This document shows positions 1 to 14,978 of a stretch of DNA of 64,000 nt, piece by piece. The notes under the pieces were generated by a model. It was given only the letters and a program-made list of their open reading frames with translations, was not told where the DNA came from and did no database searches. The translations under genes were made by a program, and so were the position numbers. The stretch comes from Octopus vulgaris (Eukaryota), in NCBI GenBank assembly GCA_951406725.2, contig OX597820.1:124434001-124498000 (forward strand), written 5' to 3'. Position 1 is the stretch's first letter. Each line of letters begins with the position of its first letter.

Positions 1-88
1 TTTCACTTAATGTATATTTAGTATCTTATATATATATATATTAAATATATATTTATTAATTAATTATTTTATTATTCTAGTTTATTTT

Positions 89-192
89 TAACCTGATGAG
101 TGGCTATATTTATATCGAAGTGATTTTACTACTACTATTAACTTTTTTACTATAATCATTTCTTAAATATAGCCACGAAACACGTGTCGTTA
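89..192 (+). ncRNA. Type I hammerhead ribozyme motif
   Basis: taac-CTGATGA-gtggctatattta...taaatatagccac-GAAAC-ACGT-GTC-gtta. Stem I is 4 bp, stem II is a perfect 13 bp, stem III is the palindrome ACACGTGT, and the cleavage triplet is GUC. Confidence 0.85.
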
Positions 193-445
193 TTCTACCT
201 ATTATATACGTTTTTATCATTGTTTTGCAATTTACTTATTCATCGGTATATTATTGTTATTTAAATTTTAATATTTCTATTATATGTAATTTTCTAGGTA
301 GTGTAATTAATTGTTCATTTTGAATTGATAAAAGGTGGGTTTTTTCTAATTTTTACATATACATATATTATATTGTGTGAAATTTATTTAGTATTTCTAA
401 ATTGAATTTTTCCCTGTAAGTTAGGATTAATATTCCCTCAAATAA

Positions 446-500
<55 letters not shown>

Positions 501-506
<6 letters not shown>

Positions 507-620
507 ACCCAAACATAAACAAAGAGAAAACACAACAACACGAGGGCTTGGAACAAATATAGTGCTATTAGACGTTCCGGAAAGGAGATACGAAGAGGTA
601 CTCGGAAAAGTTCTCTATGG
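501..620 (-). repeat. Fragment of a (TA)n-abutting dispersed repeat
   Basis: tagttaacccaaac...cacaacaacacgagggcttggaacaaatatag is homologous to the copies at 36680 and 60088. All three start immediately after a TA run. Confidence 0.7.
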
Positions 621-705
621 GACAAACATATTGCAGTTCAAGCTTCTGCCGCTAGAAGCCTCGTGATTCGAACCTAGGGCGTCAGTCAAGTGAAGTAGTA
701 CTGCC

Positions 706-1453
706 ATGCTGTGTGTCTTTGTTTTTGCATTGAGTCTTTCTTATTCGTCGATTTTTGCAGTGATTGAAATGAAGGAAAGGTGTGCTTCCGTGAAATTCTG
801 TTTACTGCTGAGGAAAACAGCGGCTGAAACAGTTGTCAGGCTTCAAACGACTTATAAGAGCGCTGCGACGAGCAAAACACAAGTTTACAATTGGTTATCC
901 CTCTTTGGGATTGATCGGTTGTCGTTTGAAAGCCAAACTTATTCAGGGTTATTGTCGACCTCCCGACCGAATAAAAACATCATGAATATTCAGGAACTGC
1001 TCTTGGAGGGACGCCACAAATTAACTGATGTGCTAGTTGGTATGACAGTCGTGATCTGGAGCTCCTGCCAACGAATTTTGAGCTAGGAATAGCGAATGAA
1101 AAGAGCTGCAGCAAAGTTTGTACCTCGCTTGCTCACAGAAGATCAAAAGCTGTCACGACTGAATGCGTGTCGTGAACTGAAAGAAGAGTTGGAAGTTGAT
1201 CCGAATCTTTTTGCCGAATGCCATCACTGGTAACGAAAGCTGGTGCTAGGGTATTTGCAGCTGTGGAAAAGTTTGAGAAGAGAAACAACGGAGGCATCAC
1301 TTCACAAGAGGTGTAGCTCTGTTTTGAACAATGTAAAAAGCGTCTGGAATGATGCATTACTTCAAATGGAGAATACGTTGAAGGCGATAAAGGTGTAAAC
1401 ATCTAAAACTAAGTGAATAAAATAATATTGCAAAAGTCCAGTTTCATTTGGGT
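706..1453 (+). mobile_element. Internally deleted mariner transposon fossil
   Basis: Translation gives a mariner HTH region (VKFCLLLRKTAAETVVRLQTTY...SKTQVYNW), then MKRAAAKFVPRLLTEDQK and ITGNESWC (degenerate TGDESW). It then jumps to a C-terminal CITSNGEYVEGDK. Stops and frameshifts are present. Confidence 0.85.
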
Positions 1454-2764
1454 AGACGAAGAGACGAGAGCGCAGTCCGCAAACGGGTGAGATAGCCTGA
1501 ATTGAGTTATGTAACCATTCAGATATTTGTAAGGAGTGTAGTCACCGTTCAGATATATTTAAAGTTTGTGAAGTGGATATGTCTTTGGGTCAGACCGAAA
1601 TTAGTCATGGATAATAAAATATCGCGGATTATTGCTCTGCTAAACTTAATTTCTTCCATGACATTAAATACAAATTTCCTATCTCTATTTCAAAACCAAT
1701 TATGATGAAAGTATAAGAAGGAAGTATATATGCTATGAGATTTCAAATTCTCCTAAACGAGTTACCTGTTCCTGGGCAATATTAACTGCAATAAGACGCA
1801 TTCCAACAGGAAGAAAAAACTGCAGGTGATCTCAGCCATCCACTTCAAGCTACTACTATCAAACAGTCTGCCAATCGAAATGATCCTACGTTTAAAAGCA
1901 ATGCACTGTAATGGGAATTTCAATGCACACAGTGATATCTTATGCTAAATTTTACTGTTTATCAATATTGAGAAATGTGTTTCGTTCAATGTTGCTATAT
2001 GTATAATTGGGATATTTTTGCCATTATCACTGACGAATTTAATATCTGCATCATTTCTAAATTTAACTTTTTTGTTTTGACCCGTCTTAATTCACTTAAT
2101 CTGTTTAAAAGGTTATAAAAATTTATAGTTGTTGAAATATCTCACAAATTTTCACCGTAATTTCTTCATTCATTCTTATTTCAACAATAATCAATCCTAC
2201 GCCTTTAAATATTAAAATTCAGCGCACCTATAATCTCATCACGTAGTATGTGTGATAAGAGTAATTGGATAAATATACCAAAGGTATTATTCCTATAAGA
2301 ATATATAAACAGAAGTGCTGTCCGAAAACAGAACGGAAGTGTTTTCCGATGACCCGAATTGAAAAGTGTTAAAAACGTGATTTAGACTCATGCGATTTCA
2401 GTTGTTTTATTTCTACTCATTTTATTACATCCCTTAAGCAAATCTAGATACGCCAATGCAAACTTTATCGCTAATTCACTGATTTTCCAATGGTTTCTAT
2501 AAGGCAGGGTGTATACCGATAGCAATAAAGGATTTGTTTTTCAAACATTAGTAACCTAATTTTGATATTGCCTACATGTGTCACAAAAGTGTAAATCATC
2601 ACTACATGAAACTATGAAATGTATATAAAATAATTCATCTAATGAGTGTTCGAATCTCTAGTTTTATATTAATTAATCATTGACTATAAGGAAATTCATA
2701 TGATTATTGTAGATTGCGAAATTAAATTATTATAATACGGGGAAATACCACGTATTATAATAAT

Positions 2765-2860
2765 TCCTCGGCGGAATTTAAACTCAGAACGTAGAATCAG
2801 ACGAAATGCCGCTGCGCATTTCGCATGGCATGATAAAGTTTCTGCCAGGTCGCCGCCATT
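2765..2860 (-). mobile_element. tRNA-derived SINE (family B) 5' fragment
   Basis: The reverse complement matches the head of the copy at 16889 (ggcggcgacctggcagaaac...ttctgagtttaaattccgccgagg). Confidence 0.7.
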
Positions 2861-3200
2861 TTATTGTGAAGATATCGATGTATTTCCATTTCAACGACGC
2901 TTCAATCATATTAGTGAACTCTATCATTATATATCATTTAAACATTAATTTTCTTTCTATATTTCACATTCACTAAAAATATGCATTTTCCTAGTATATA
3001 ATGTTCTATTTAATATACATATAGTCATATACTTCTCATTTATTTAGCTTTTATTTAATTTACCCCTCCTTCTCCTATAGGTTTAATCTCACGTTATATC
3101 ATATAACGTTTTTTCAAATAATATTAATAGCGTTCAGTTAATCTCTATATATATCCATCATTTTCTGTTAAAATGCCTTATTGACGAGTTTCATTTCTTC

Positions 3201-3289
3201 ACTTCCCTGAAGAGAAGATTTCATTGTTTTACACCATTTTATTCCTTTGGAATAATATCAGTGATATCTTCGAAACATATATCGGAAGT
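3201..3289 (+). ncRNA. Type I hammerhead motif, one stem III mismatch
   Basis: acttcc-CTGAAGA-gaagat...atcttc-GAAAC-ATAT-ATC-ggaagt. Stems I and II are 6 bp each. ATC replaces the GTC seen in the paralogs at 7751 and 50645. Confidence 0.75.
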
Positions 3290-3378
3290 AAAAGAATTTG
3301 AATTACACTTGCGTTAAACTCCATTTATTTATTTGTATATAAATATACATGTATTTGTATATATGTATATATTTATAC

Positions 3379-3527
<149 letters not shown>

Positions 3528-4623
3528 AGTGTGATATTATTTGTTGTCATTGTTTATTGGTGGATATTCTACAATACGCTCTCATTTCTAATGAAAAAAA
3601 CGTGAATAACTATGAAATGCCCGCTAACTTGTAGCAAGGTACTTCTAATATTACAAATCATTCGCAACGTTCTTAACAGTGCCTACCATTATTTTCTCTA
3701 TAAAAAAAAATTAGCTGCATTTTGGGAAATGGTGTCATAAAACAGTGCAGAAATATAATAAAAGATGATGTTATAGAATATGCAAAATGAAACAGTTCCC
3801 ATTTTCCATCGATCCAGAAATGGCCTTCGGATACAATGCAATAATTCTCTGGCAGGAATCAGTGAGATGTATATGACATTTCTTCGTTTGTATGTCCATA
3901 TCAAAATATAACCTGTTTCCTTATGCGGCAAACATTCTTGATTATTACCTAAACATACGTAAATCATCCTCCTTAGGAATATATCATTATATCTCATATA
4001 TACATGCATACATACATACAAACATATATATATCTGTGTGAGTGTGTATACATACACCCCCCATATATATATATATATGTGTGTGTGTGTGTATGCATGT
4101 ATATATAAAATGTTCAATATATGTCATGTATACATGTATGCAAGTAAATAAAGCAGATAGAAAACAAAAAAAAGATATGATGCAAAGGTTTATTCTTAAC
4201 GATAATGGAGTCTTGTGTCAATGTTTGTTGGGTAGTTTCTCTGAAATATGTCGTTATTCGTTATGAACAAACATGCATATGTATGAAAAGCTTCTGAATA
4301 TCATGCAATGTGCAGCAAATAAATATATAGTTAGCTTCTAATGTTCTCGAAAATGCTTCTTATTTTGTTTATAGAAAAACAACATATTAAAAACCATATA
4401 CTAAAACAGTATATAAATGATAACGATATGGAATATTTCATAAGAAATGTGCTTTGTTTTTCATATATTCATTATCCAGAATTGGTTTGTGGTTGAAGTA
4501 CCGTATTTCTCAACGTCGCTCACTGGGGGATTTCTAGTCTTAGTTTTTTCTTTCGCTCTCCTAAGCCGTAAATATTCTTCCTCTCCTTTACTTATATTCC
4601 TCATAATCCATATAAATACAACT

Positions 4624-4702
<79 letters not shown>

Positions 4703-4892
4703 ATATGTTACAATTACTCAATAGTCAAGATAATAATTATAATATATACATACCTATAATGTAGGTATATATAAAGATCCAATAGAGTAAAAGCTATATA
4801 AAAAAGAAATAGGACACCAAATATTAAATAAGGTAAAGGAGAAATGTTGGCAGAAGTGTATTGAGAGCTACAAATATATACAATATAATACG

Positions 4893-4995
4893 ATATAATA
4901 ATAATAATGATAATAATAATAATAATAATAATTATAATAATAATAATATTAATAATAAAATAATAATAACAATAGTAATAATAATAATAATAATG

Positions 4996-5067
<72 letters not shown>

Positions 5068-5095
5068 TAAATAACAACAGCACCAATAATAATAA
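4893..5095. repeat. (TAA)n microsatellite
   Basis: Read directly from the sequence. Confidence 0.95.
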
Positions 5096-5640
5096 CTTCC
5101 ACCCCAAATAGAATTGGTGGGAACGTAAATCCCCAATTTTCCTGCAGTATTCTGAAGTTACTATATTTGTTGATTCCATTGCTCAGACTGAACGGAAATC
5201 TGAGACTAACCGATCAGATAACATTATAAAAAATCATGTGAAAAGTCGACATTCTATGCGTGTTGCTGTCCCAGTTGACAAAAATATATTTCTGAAAGCG
5301 TTTGAGAACCAGAGCAAATATAAAAAAATTGGAGATAGAAATTCGAAGAACGTGGCATCTGAAAGCAATAATAATAATAACTATTTTTATTGATGCACGT
5401 GGAAATATATCAGAAGCTCCAAACTAATATGTAGACCAAATAACTAGCAGCGGGCGACAGGCGCAGGCCTGCCGCTTACGGCCCCGCGGGGCGTGGAGGA
5501 ACGGGAGAAAGCGAGGCGGCGCGAAGGCGGCGGCGGCCCGCCGGGCTGACGGCGTCGTAGGCTGACGTCTCTGGCATCCTAGACCAAATAACTAGCAGCC
5601 ACAGAAATAAGTAAATTGTAAATTTCCCAAGCGGATCAGG
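5096..5640 (+). mobile_element. Degraded 3' fragment of an R4/Dong-like retrotransposon (restriction-like endonuclease region)
   Basis: Nucleotide similarity to 21125-21480 (aaccgatcagataacattat; gagcaaatataaaaaaattggagatagaaattcgaagaacgtggcatctgaaagc, roughly SKYKDLEIEI..W.LK). It follows a TAA run. Confidence 0.65.
5432..5599. other. 128 bp GC-rich insertion (5452-5579) flanked by a perfect 20 bp direct repeat
   Basis: tagaccaaataactagcagc occurs at 5432-5451 and 5580-5599. The insert has 98/128 G+C. Confidence 0.9.
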
Positions 5641-6462
5641 ATAAAGCATTGATAGTATAAGACTTCATTTCCCAGTGCAGAATGAATATTTCTTGCCTCT
5701 TCTAATGCTGAGGAGCGTCATTTAGATTCATACAACATGCATTTTCTGATATGGATCTTCACTACTCTTATTTTTAAAGAAGTTATTATCAATACGATTT
5801 TGAACACAACTGCATGAAAATAACAAAGTATGTAAGATGAATAATAATATGAACGTATAAATTATTGCTTATTTAACTGTGATTATTAAGAACGTACGCC
5901 CTCAGTGTCGTATCAAAGAGACAACAAGACGTGTGTATATGTGTGTGTGTTTAGGAAAAGTTTCACCGTTACTAATTGTCACTAAGGTTGCCAAATCCCT
6001 TATATTGCAAGACATAATAGGGTTAAAAACAGAACTTAATGCTGTATGGAATGCACAGTGTAATAGATATACAGTGACATGATAATAAACATGTCTATCA
6101 CAATCATGAACATATCGGACAAACTGATTAGCAGCATTAATTAGGACGTTTTCCCGTACCGATCACACTGTCAACGATGTGAACACTGATTAGTTAATGT
6201 AACAATCAATTTCTCGGTTCGATATTAGTGCCTTGCTCTCTCTTTTTAAAATTTCTATAACCCGATATTCTGCTCTTATGTCTCTAAAAATAATATTATT
6301 TAGGAGATTGTTGCTATGAATAACTGAAGTAAAGTGTAACTTTTCTAAACGTTTTAGATTATCATGAAAAATAATAGTAACAGATAAAGTAATACTTAAC
6401 CAATCAAAAATTATTCCTATACCAAATGAAGGGTAATGTTATCTAGACACATGTATATATAT

Positions 6463-6505
<43 letters not shown>

Positions 6506-6545
6506 TATGTATATACATACATATGTATGTATATATATGTATATG

Positions 6546-6601
<56 letters not shown>

Positions 6602-7504
6602 CATGTTTAGGTATAATACCGTAATATTAAAAAAAATATTAGTTGGCTATATCTGGAAAAACGTGTAAATAAAACTATTGTTATCTGAATATAGAATATG
6701 AAATATTTAGTATTCATTTTATAAAATGTGTTCATAAGTAATTATATTACCTTGAACGTACCATGCAATATAGTAGCAGTGATAAGGGGGGTGTGAGAGA
6801 GATAAACACATTATTTGAATTTCGAATATACATAATTTCCCGCATGAACACAGGTATTACTCTTCTCATTTCTAAGATTGGGTAAGGTAATTTTAGACGA
6901 AAGAATAAAGAATACTTTAGTTATAAAGACATTTTTATTATTGACATTATAAGATAGTACCGAAGCAATTATATCTCATTTAAGAACTAAATTAATATCA
7001 TTATCCTTTAATTGTCAGATAAATTTACTTAATCCTGTAGAATTAAATCTCTGTTTATACCTGAAAGTGGGTCGTGACGCATTTTGTAATTGCATTTTCT
7101 GTTCAACCTATATAAATATGATTTTTACCTTGGGTTATAACTGTACATGTGCGTATTACATATTTACTTCTACATGAATTCTTAAAGAGACAGTTATTCT
7201 AAACCCTGCAATCACAATTATTATAAGTGTTATGTTTGTGTATGGAACATTCTATCTAGATCCTTCGCATACGATAAAGATAATTCTTTTTGCCTGATCT
7301 GTAGCGAAGGACAATTACACATCCTTTTCGCGGAGAACCTCTTGTATACATGTATAAAGGGCGCGTTTATCGTTCTAAGCATTGGCAAAACATACTTTTA
7401 GGTGCTATAAATAATGTCTACCAATCTTTAAATATCGACCTTTAACTGTCTTCTTGTCTTTCATTTCCACTATATATATATATACATATGTGTACGTGTG
7501 TATG

Positions 7505-7561
<57 letters not shown>

Positions 7562-7750
7562 ACGCTTTCAAGCTTTATTCCTATTCATCTATCACACTAT
7601 TTTTCCACTCTTAATTTTCTGTTAATTTCTTTCTTTCTTCTCTTCTCTTTCACTAAATTACATTTGACGTTCTATCTATTAACGGTTATCTAAAAAATAA
7701 CTCGCCAGCGTTCATCAGTGGCTTATTGATGTGTTTTGTTTCTCTTTTTC

Positions 7751-7834
7751 TCCCTGACGAGATGATTGCATTGTCATACATCATATTTTTCCCTCCGGAA
7801 CAATATCAATGTTTTCTTCGAAACATATGTCGGA
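7751..7834 (+). ncRNA. Type I hammerhead motif (same family as 3201 and 50645)
   Basis: tcc-CTGACGA-gatga...tcttc-GAAAC-ATAT-GTC-gga. There is one mismatch in stem II, and the downstream tail is shared with 3290 and 50726. Confidence 0.75.
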
Positions 7835-8118
7835 AGTATAAAGATTTGAATAACACCTACATTTGACTCCCTTTCCTAATTTATCTATGTTATGGAAAAA
7901 CTTTTCACTTAACCCTGGAATTTCTACTTTTGCAAGTAGGTTGTAATATCCTTGCCACTTATATGAATGCTTGCTACTCTATAACCTTATTTAGTTTTTC
8001 CCTGTTATTTGTACACATTGAAAAATACACATACATTTATACATGTATATGTATGTATATATATATATAGATATATATATATAAGCATGCCTCTCATTCT
8101 CACTCTCTCTCTCTCTCC

Positions 8119-8171
<53 letters not shown>

Positions 8172-9239
8172 CGCGTGTGTGTGTTTGTGTGTGTGTGTGT
8201 GTGCATATGTGTGTACAGGGAGAGAGTGAGACAGAAAGCCAGAGAGAAAGATAAAGAGAGAGAATTAGATAGGGAGAGGTAAACGCAAATGTAGAAACAC
8301 CTTTATTAAAAACTTGAACACTGCATTCCAAGAATGCATGATATGAATAGATATTTTGCAGATGATCATAAACTACAAAAAAGATCTATTTTCAGACATG
8401 TAAAGAAATACTCACTTACTAGAATGATTTCCTCAAGCATAAATTGTTTTTGTTACTTTTCACCCTTTCTCTGTTGCATTATTCTTTATTAATATTTGTA
8501 ATTTTTTTCCATGCAGATTTTAGTTGACTGTCAAATTGTTGTCTTAAAATTTAAAAAAAAATATTAATATAATGATTTATATTCCTTTAAACATACAACC
8601 CGTCAGTGATTTTTTATTTTCATCATTTTGCGAGATATATATAATAAAGGAATCTATATTCTTTACCTCAGAAATTTCCTAAAATTAATATTCAAAATAA
8701 TATTCCTCGAGTGACAATTTCAACACCAGTCTATCCCATAATTCCCTTTCCATTTCTTTTCATTTACAAAGCATGTCTTTCTTTCATATCTTTCAATTTC
8801 TTGTTTTAGAATGCATTCGTTAACACTTCGGTTTGCTTTATTGAATTCACAGCTTCCATTATTGATATGTTCGTTTTCTGATTTATGAAAATCATACTTG
8901 GAAAATTTCATCTTAAGTGTTATTCAGAAGAATGTGGATTATTTTGCATGTTGAAATTAAACATACTAAACAATATACTTTTTAAACTAAGCACTAACAA
9001 CTATATAACGGAAGATAATAGTTTGACACTGTCCTTGTATATTTGTTGTATGTATTTAACCAGACACATGAAACTTTATACAAAGACTTGTCTTTTAATG
9101 TTCCTCAAATGCTTTGTTGATTGTCTAAACGAATCATATGTAGCAAAATGTAATTAAGTTGATTACGAGGTCTGATGATTGTACTTGCTTTATCACTAAT
9201 GTTGTTCCCCTCCGAGGTTTAAAATACGCTCCTGAAATA

Positions 9240-9497
9240 CTTATTTCAAATTTGGCAGAAGACCATCAATTTCAAGAATGAGGCTACGTCGATTACAACG
9301 ATCCGAGTGCTCCAGGACGCTAGTGCTCAGCTGCTACATATCCATCGGCTCTGAATTGATGAAATGCAATTTCGAACCAGAAACGATGATTGCCAAATTC
9401 GATCGCAGCCGCATTTGAACTCAGAAGGTAAATACAGACGAATTTCCGCTAAGCATTTTCCACGGAGCGCTAATAATCCTGCCTCCTTGCCACTTCA
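9240..9497 (-). mobile_element. Degenerate SINE family B copy
   Basis: Contains atttgaactcagaaggta...ccgctaagcatttt...ctgcctccttgcc, the reverse of the family B head. Confidence 0.6.
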
Positions 9498-10536
9498 GGA
9501 TGCTAAAATATTGCGCTCAAATACAAATTAAACAGCTAAGATATGCGTATATTCATGAAGGCGCAGACGGAGTTTGTGTTCGTACACACCACCCTGACCA
9601 ACATAACACACACAAACATGCTCATGCACATACAGACTTACAAACACACGAACAAACAGATACACGCAAACACATACACACACACGCACACACACATCAC
9701 CCTGACAAATACAAATCACATACATACACACGCACACACAAACGTGCACACATATACACACATAACCTGCTAAATATAAAACACATACATAAGAGAGACC
9801 CATACGCACACAACACAGTGGACACTAAGACCAGTCACAAATAGAACCGCACACACACTGACAAGCACACACACACTAACAGCATCCTGAACACTAAGAC
9901 CAGTCCAAAAACCGCTGAACCATGACAGACTAACCCAGAAACAAAAAATCATTTTGATTCCACAAAAAATATTCGAAGTCAGGTCATCTGAATTCTTTGC
10001 CGCACCAACAAGCCTTCAACACTACTTCTAAAAATAGCAACCATCGTTGCCAAACACATATACAAGACTGAAGATGAAGGAAAACGTTAGCCATTCCCCT
10101 AAAATTCTGTACAAATACTTAAATATCTCTGATAAAGTTTTGACTAAGGAATACATGCTTGCTTCTGTCAAATACAATCTCCAATTTTTTTCTGTGTGTG
10201 TATATATTTATATACTTATATACAATAATGATTTTTGGTGAACTTATAAATAATAATGAATTTATTTCACTACCTATTTTGAACATTTTTATGTTAACTG
10301 TTTAAACATAGGGCCCCTATTAACACTTTCTTTTTATTGTCAGAGATTCTATTTCTTAACATTTTCTCATCAATGTCAGAGACCCTATCGCTATTTTAAT
10401 ACATCTAAAGTTTACCATTTTTCAACACCACAAAGGCTATTCAAATCCTTACATTTTACTATTGAAAATCTTTTTGAAATGAAACCGGTTAAGTCAGTAA
10501 ACATCTATAAAAGACCTGTGCATTTTAAAATTCACT

Positions 10537-10608
<72 letters not shown>

Positions 10609-11269
10609 TACAAACGTACATACATACTTACATAATATATATTTATACATATCTCTATACATGATATGTATGTATATATTTTAACTATCTGAGATAAAAT
10701 TATGTTTTGTTAGAGATATAATGAACTTATTCAAAACTATCATGCTACACAGCAGCCCACACACAGGCATAGACACACGCAAGAAGCAATTTTTCATACA
10801 ATTTAACACCATGAAAAATACCATGAAGCATTGCATGGTAGTCATTATCAAAAACGTTATGAAGCGGATTGTAAACAACGTAACTAATTATCATTCTCTA
10901 TCAGTAATATAATCAATAAATGCTGTTCGGTAATTAACCACTGTACATAGATCTCTGAAGTTCTCACATTAATATATGTTCGACTATAAAAGATGGCAAT
11001 TAAATGTTAAATTTGAAGAATTTGTCGTTATTAGGAAATATGAATCGAAATAGTGTATATAGCTCAAACAGTTGAATGCCTCTCACATAAAAAATATATT
11101 GAATCTAATTAAGAATTATATTAGTGAAATTTATATAGGAAACATAATCACATGGAAAATGAAATCTTATTTGAATTTTTACTAATATTATTTTATTCAG
11201 TATAATAATGCATTTTAACTCGAGTGAATTACTACGGATACAGAAATTCCGAAACCTAGTGCTGAGATT

Positions 11270-11571
11270 GTTAGTTCCTTCTCGAGCCATGTCTGGCGCA
11301 TAAGGGCCGGTTTCCCGGTTTCCTTGGCGTATAGGTTCCCCCACCTGGATGGAACGCTGGTCCGTCGCAGGTGAGCTGCAAGATGCAGGAGGAAAGAATG
11401 AGAAAGTTGTGGTGCGAGAGAGTCAGCAGAAATTCGCCATTACCTTTTGCTGGAGCCGCGTAGAGCTTAGGCGTTTCGCTCATAAACACACACATCACCC
11501 GGTCTTAGATTCGAAACCGCGATCCCTTGACCACGAGTCCGCTGCTCTAACCACTAGGCCATGTGCCTCCA
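11270..11571 (-). mobile_element. tRNA-derived SINE (family D)
   Basis: The reverse complement starts tggaggcacatggcctagtggttagagcagcggactcgtggtcaagggatcgcggtttcgaatc (A and B boxes). The head is shared with 62940-63115. Confidence 0.8.
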
Positions 11572-13649
11572 AAGTGCTGAGAATGGAAACGGCCTGAAAC
11601 TTCATAAGAACATAGACACTTCAGGAGCATTTGGTTACTTCACAGATGCGATTTATTTTGATCGATGTCGCTGCTGTTCGTTAGGTGTTTCTAAGAATAC
11701 TCCTTTGGATAAGTTCAAGTTTCTGTTGAAAATACATATTAAATTTCTTCGTTTTCTTTAATATATATGAGATAAGTTGTTAAAGCCAAATGTAAATTTA
11801 CAACAATAAAACCTTAACTATCTTATTTTAGTTGCAGAAACACAATGACATAACAACATTTATAATCCACATGCATAACTGAAGGCTCAAAACTTCATTC
11901 ATATTTCTGAGCATCTATCTCTATGAAACACAATGTTATAAATCAGTATTGTTCTTATTTGATAAAGGTATGAAAAAGTTACTGCTGTTCTGACAGAAAG
12001 CGATGTTTAATGTACTGTGTGATTAGTTACCTTGTATTTTGGTCGTAATATTCTCTTTGTGTATACAAAAAAAAAAATGATTACATTGCTTTTTGAAACA
12101 AGCGTTTATCTGCTGGTTGATCATGAATTATCAGTCTCTAGTGATTTTTGTTCATTAAGTTTTATTTGATCTAGAAAGATTAAGTTAAGTAATTAAATGT
12201 TTTATTATCTGGCACGTTTCATCACTGTCTACATTTATTAAGTCATAGTTTTCCAATCCAAACATGTAGACATTTTCAGTGTTATACTCAACCACCTCTC
12301 ACGAACCTACACTCATAGATTTTATTCACTTATAAAGCTCAAACGAAGTAGAATTAACGATAGGTCAAAGGAATATTTTCCAGCTGTCTGAGGTGATATA
12401 TGTGATAAGGAAGCAAATTTGGAATTCATCCAAATTCGAATCAAGTTCAGCAAGTGGTATGCATCCTATCACAATCACACTGTTCAAAACGCATACAGTC
12501 ATTTACCCAAATAAATAAATAAATAAATGTAAATTCCCTATGCATATCAATATAACTTTACACATATAATACGGAAGGCGTGCTTGCACTTGTATGGGGT
12601 GATTGTGTGTGTATTAACGTACGTATTTTTCTATGTAGAGGTTTATATGCATGCGTGCACATTCACCTCTACGTGGCTTGCAAAATTGAATTGAATCATA
12701 GAGAAAACGAAACGTGATCGAATTAGTACATAGAAAACATCGAATAAACATATTGATTTATTGAAGGAACGTTCAGTATACACAAACGAATAGACAGCCA
12801 CAAATATGCAGGCTTCAACACCCATATACACGTGTATGACATATGACATTAGAGCTGATACTGTCATATAAAACTTTATAAGACTTACCTTTGATCACTG
12901 TCTATATCATGAATATAGGAATCAATAATGGACAAATCGTTAACTGGATGTAGATTTGCTCGATACATACACGCCCATAGATATATACATCCACAAGTGT
13001 GATCACATATACACAACTCACGCACACACGTATATATACATGTATAAATATATATATATAAATATACATAGACACAAATATATACATACACAAACACATA
13101 CATTGTACATACATATGCATATATGTATGTGTGTATGTTTATAAAGATGTGTATAAATATATATATATATATATATATATACATAGATACATGTATGTAT
13201 GTATGTATGACCGTATATCTGTGTGTTTCTGCATGCGTGTGCAAATATTTTTGTGTGTGGGTGTACAAGTTTCGCTTTTACAAATACGAGCAAGAAACCG
13301 CAATATATAATTGGTTGAATCAGTTACTGTAACTTTTTTTTCAATAACTGACAAAACAGCAGAAGACACTTGAAGGTTTTTAGTTTCAATATTTTTTTGA
13401 TATATGAATTAATTAGCATATTTAACTATTATGGTGAATATTACGTACTAGATTTCAGAACATATATTTGAAAACTGACGTGTGTATCTCATAGTGAATG
13501 AGTCAAAGACTATATATGTGCAAAAGTATATTTATAAGTCAATTAAATTACAAAATATAGAGTTATATCTTGAGATCGTTAGTGACAACAAGCCTCAAGA
13601 CGTTCTTGTAGTGTTCTTGTAGTTGCTGCTCGTATTGTGTCCCCTCGGA

Positions 13650-14195
13650 TTAAAAAAATTATAAATCAAAACATCCGGATAGACGATACAAGGGTGGAAA
13701 TGGAAAACAAAAAAATAGAGGGACTGGGAAAAAAAGAACGGTTCATTCGGGGCCTTCTTTCGTCAGTCTTGTTACCAGATGTCCTTACAGTTTCGGCAGT
13801 CACACTTGAGATTGTTCCATCTGGTTACCCCCAAAAATGCTAAGCTAAGAGAATTAGATTTTTTGTAAGACAGCTACCGACTACATACGACAACAAATAC
13901 AAAAAACGGAGAACATTGTACACAATTACAAATGCAAACAACAAGGATATAAGAACAGGTGCTTTTCGACTAAGGACGAATCAAACTGTATTACATGAAA
14001 GCTTTGAGGCAGGAATATTGGAGATAGACATAAAAGGTGTTGGCGGTCGGCGGTCAGGCCAAGAAAGAAAGATCATGGATAGCCGAACACCGATCACGTG
14101 GAAGGAGGAGAGAAGAGTGGGGGACAGCGGGATTAATGGATTAGAAAAAAATCAAAGAGACAAAGGGTAATGTACAGGGGAGATAAACGATATAT
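13650..14195. repeat. Unclassified dispersed repeat
   Basis: The reverse complement of 13737-13797 aligns with 27073-27135. Confidence 0.5.
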
Positions 14196-14935
14196 TTATA
14201 TATATATACGTTTAAATATTTGTTGGGCAAGATTTTTTATGTGAAGTCGTGTGTTGAAACAGATATTGTTATATTTCGGAATGGTCATATTGCCAGTTTA
14301 GCCAATTAAAAACACACGCACTATATATTTGGTGTTATTTTGCTTCAGTGATATTTATTTTTTACATTAATCTTAATCTTATTTCGGCCAGAGTTCTTTC
14401 ATCACACTCCTGTGACCGCATTAGTGGTCCTTTGTTTTCTTCTTTCTTATTTGTTTGTGGCTCTCCTTACTAACCGTCAGCCATTTTGTATTTCTATTGT
14501 ATGTCTTCATTTGCGCATGCTTATATCTCTATGTGCGTCTATGTTTCTTTAGTGTGCGTGTGTGTGGGGAAGGCTGTAATATTTGTATCCTCTGTTTATA
14601 TACATTCATGTAACTTGTATTTTGTTTTTGTTGTTGTTGCTTTTGTTCTAATTGTGTTCATGTGTTTACATCCACCCATTATTATCATTACATATGCTTG
14701 TATGTATGTATGTATGTATAACAACAATATTAGTAATAATAATAATAAATCTAATCGTTTCACCTGTTAATGTTTACGTATATAGATATATTTCCATTCG
14801 TTTTGCTTATTTTACACTTTGTTTTTTTTTTGCTGAGTTTTTTCTTGCGAACACATTCTTCGTGGAAAATACCGATTTTGACGTCTATATCTACCATATA
14901 GACTCTATACATTCAGTGGTCAGTCCTATAGATTT

Positions 14936-14977
<42 letters not shown>

Positions 14978-14978
<1 letters not shown>

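Noticed and set aside
8410-8911. Minus-strand exon-like segments with GT/AG-like boundaries (also 12885-12960, 39615-39671)
   Set aside because: The 8.4-8.9 kb segments have stops in all frames, none has recognisable homology, and splice-like words are common by chance in AT-rich DNA.
10455-10500. GAAACCGGTT hammerhead-like remnant before a TA tract
   Set aside because: CUGANGA is not recoverable and stem II is weak; too decayed to call.
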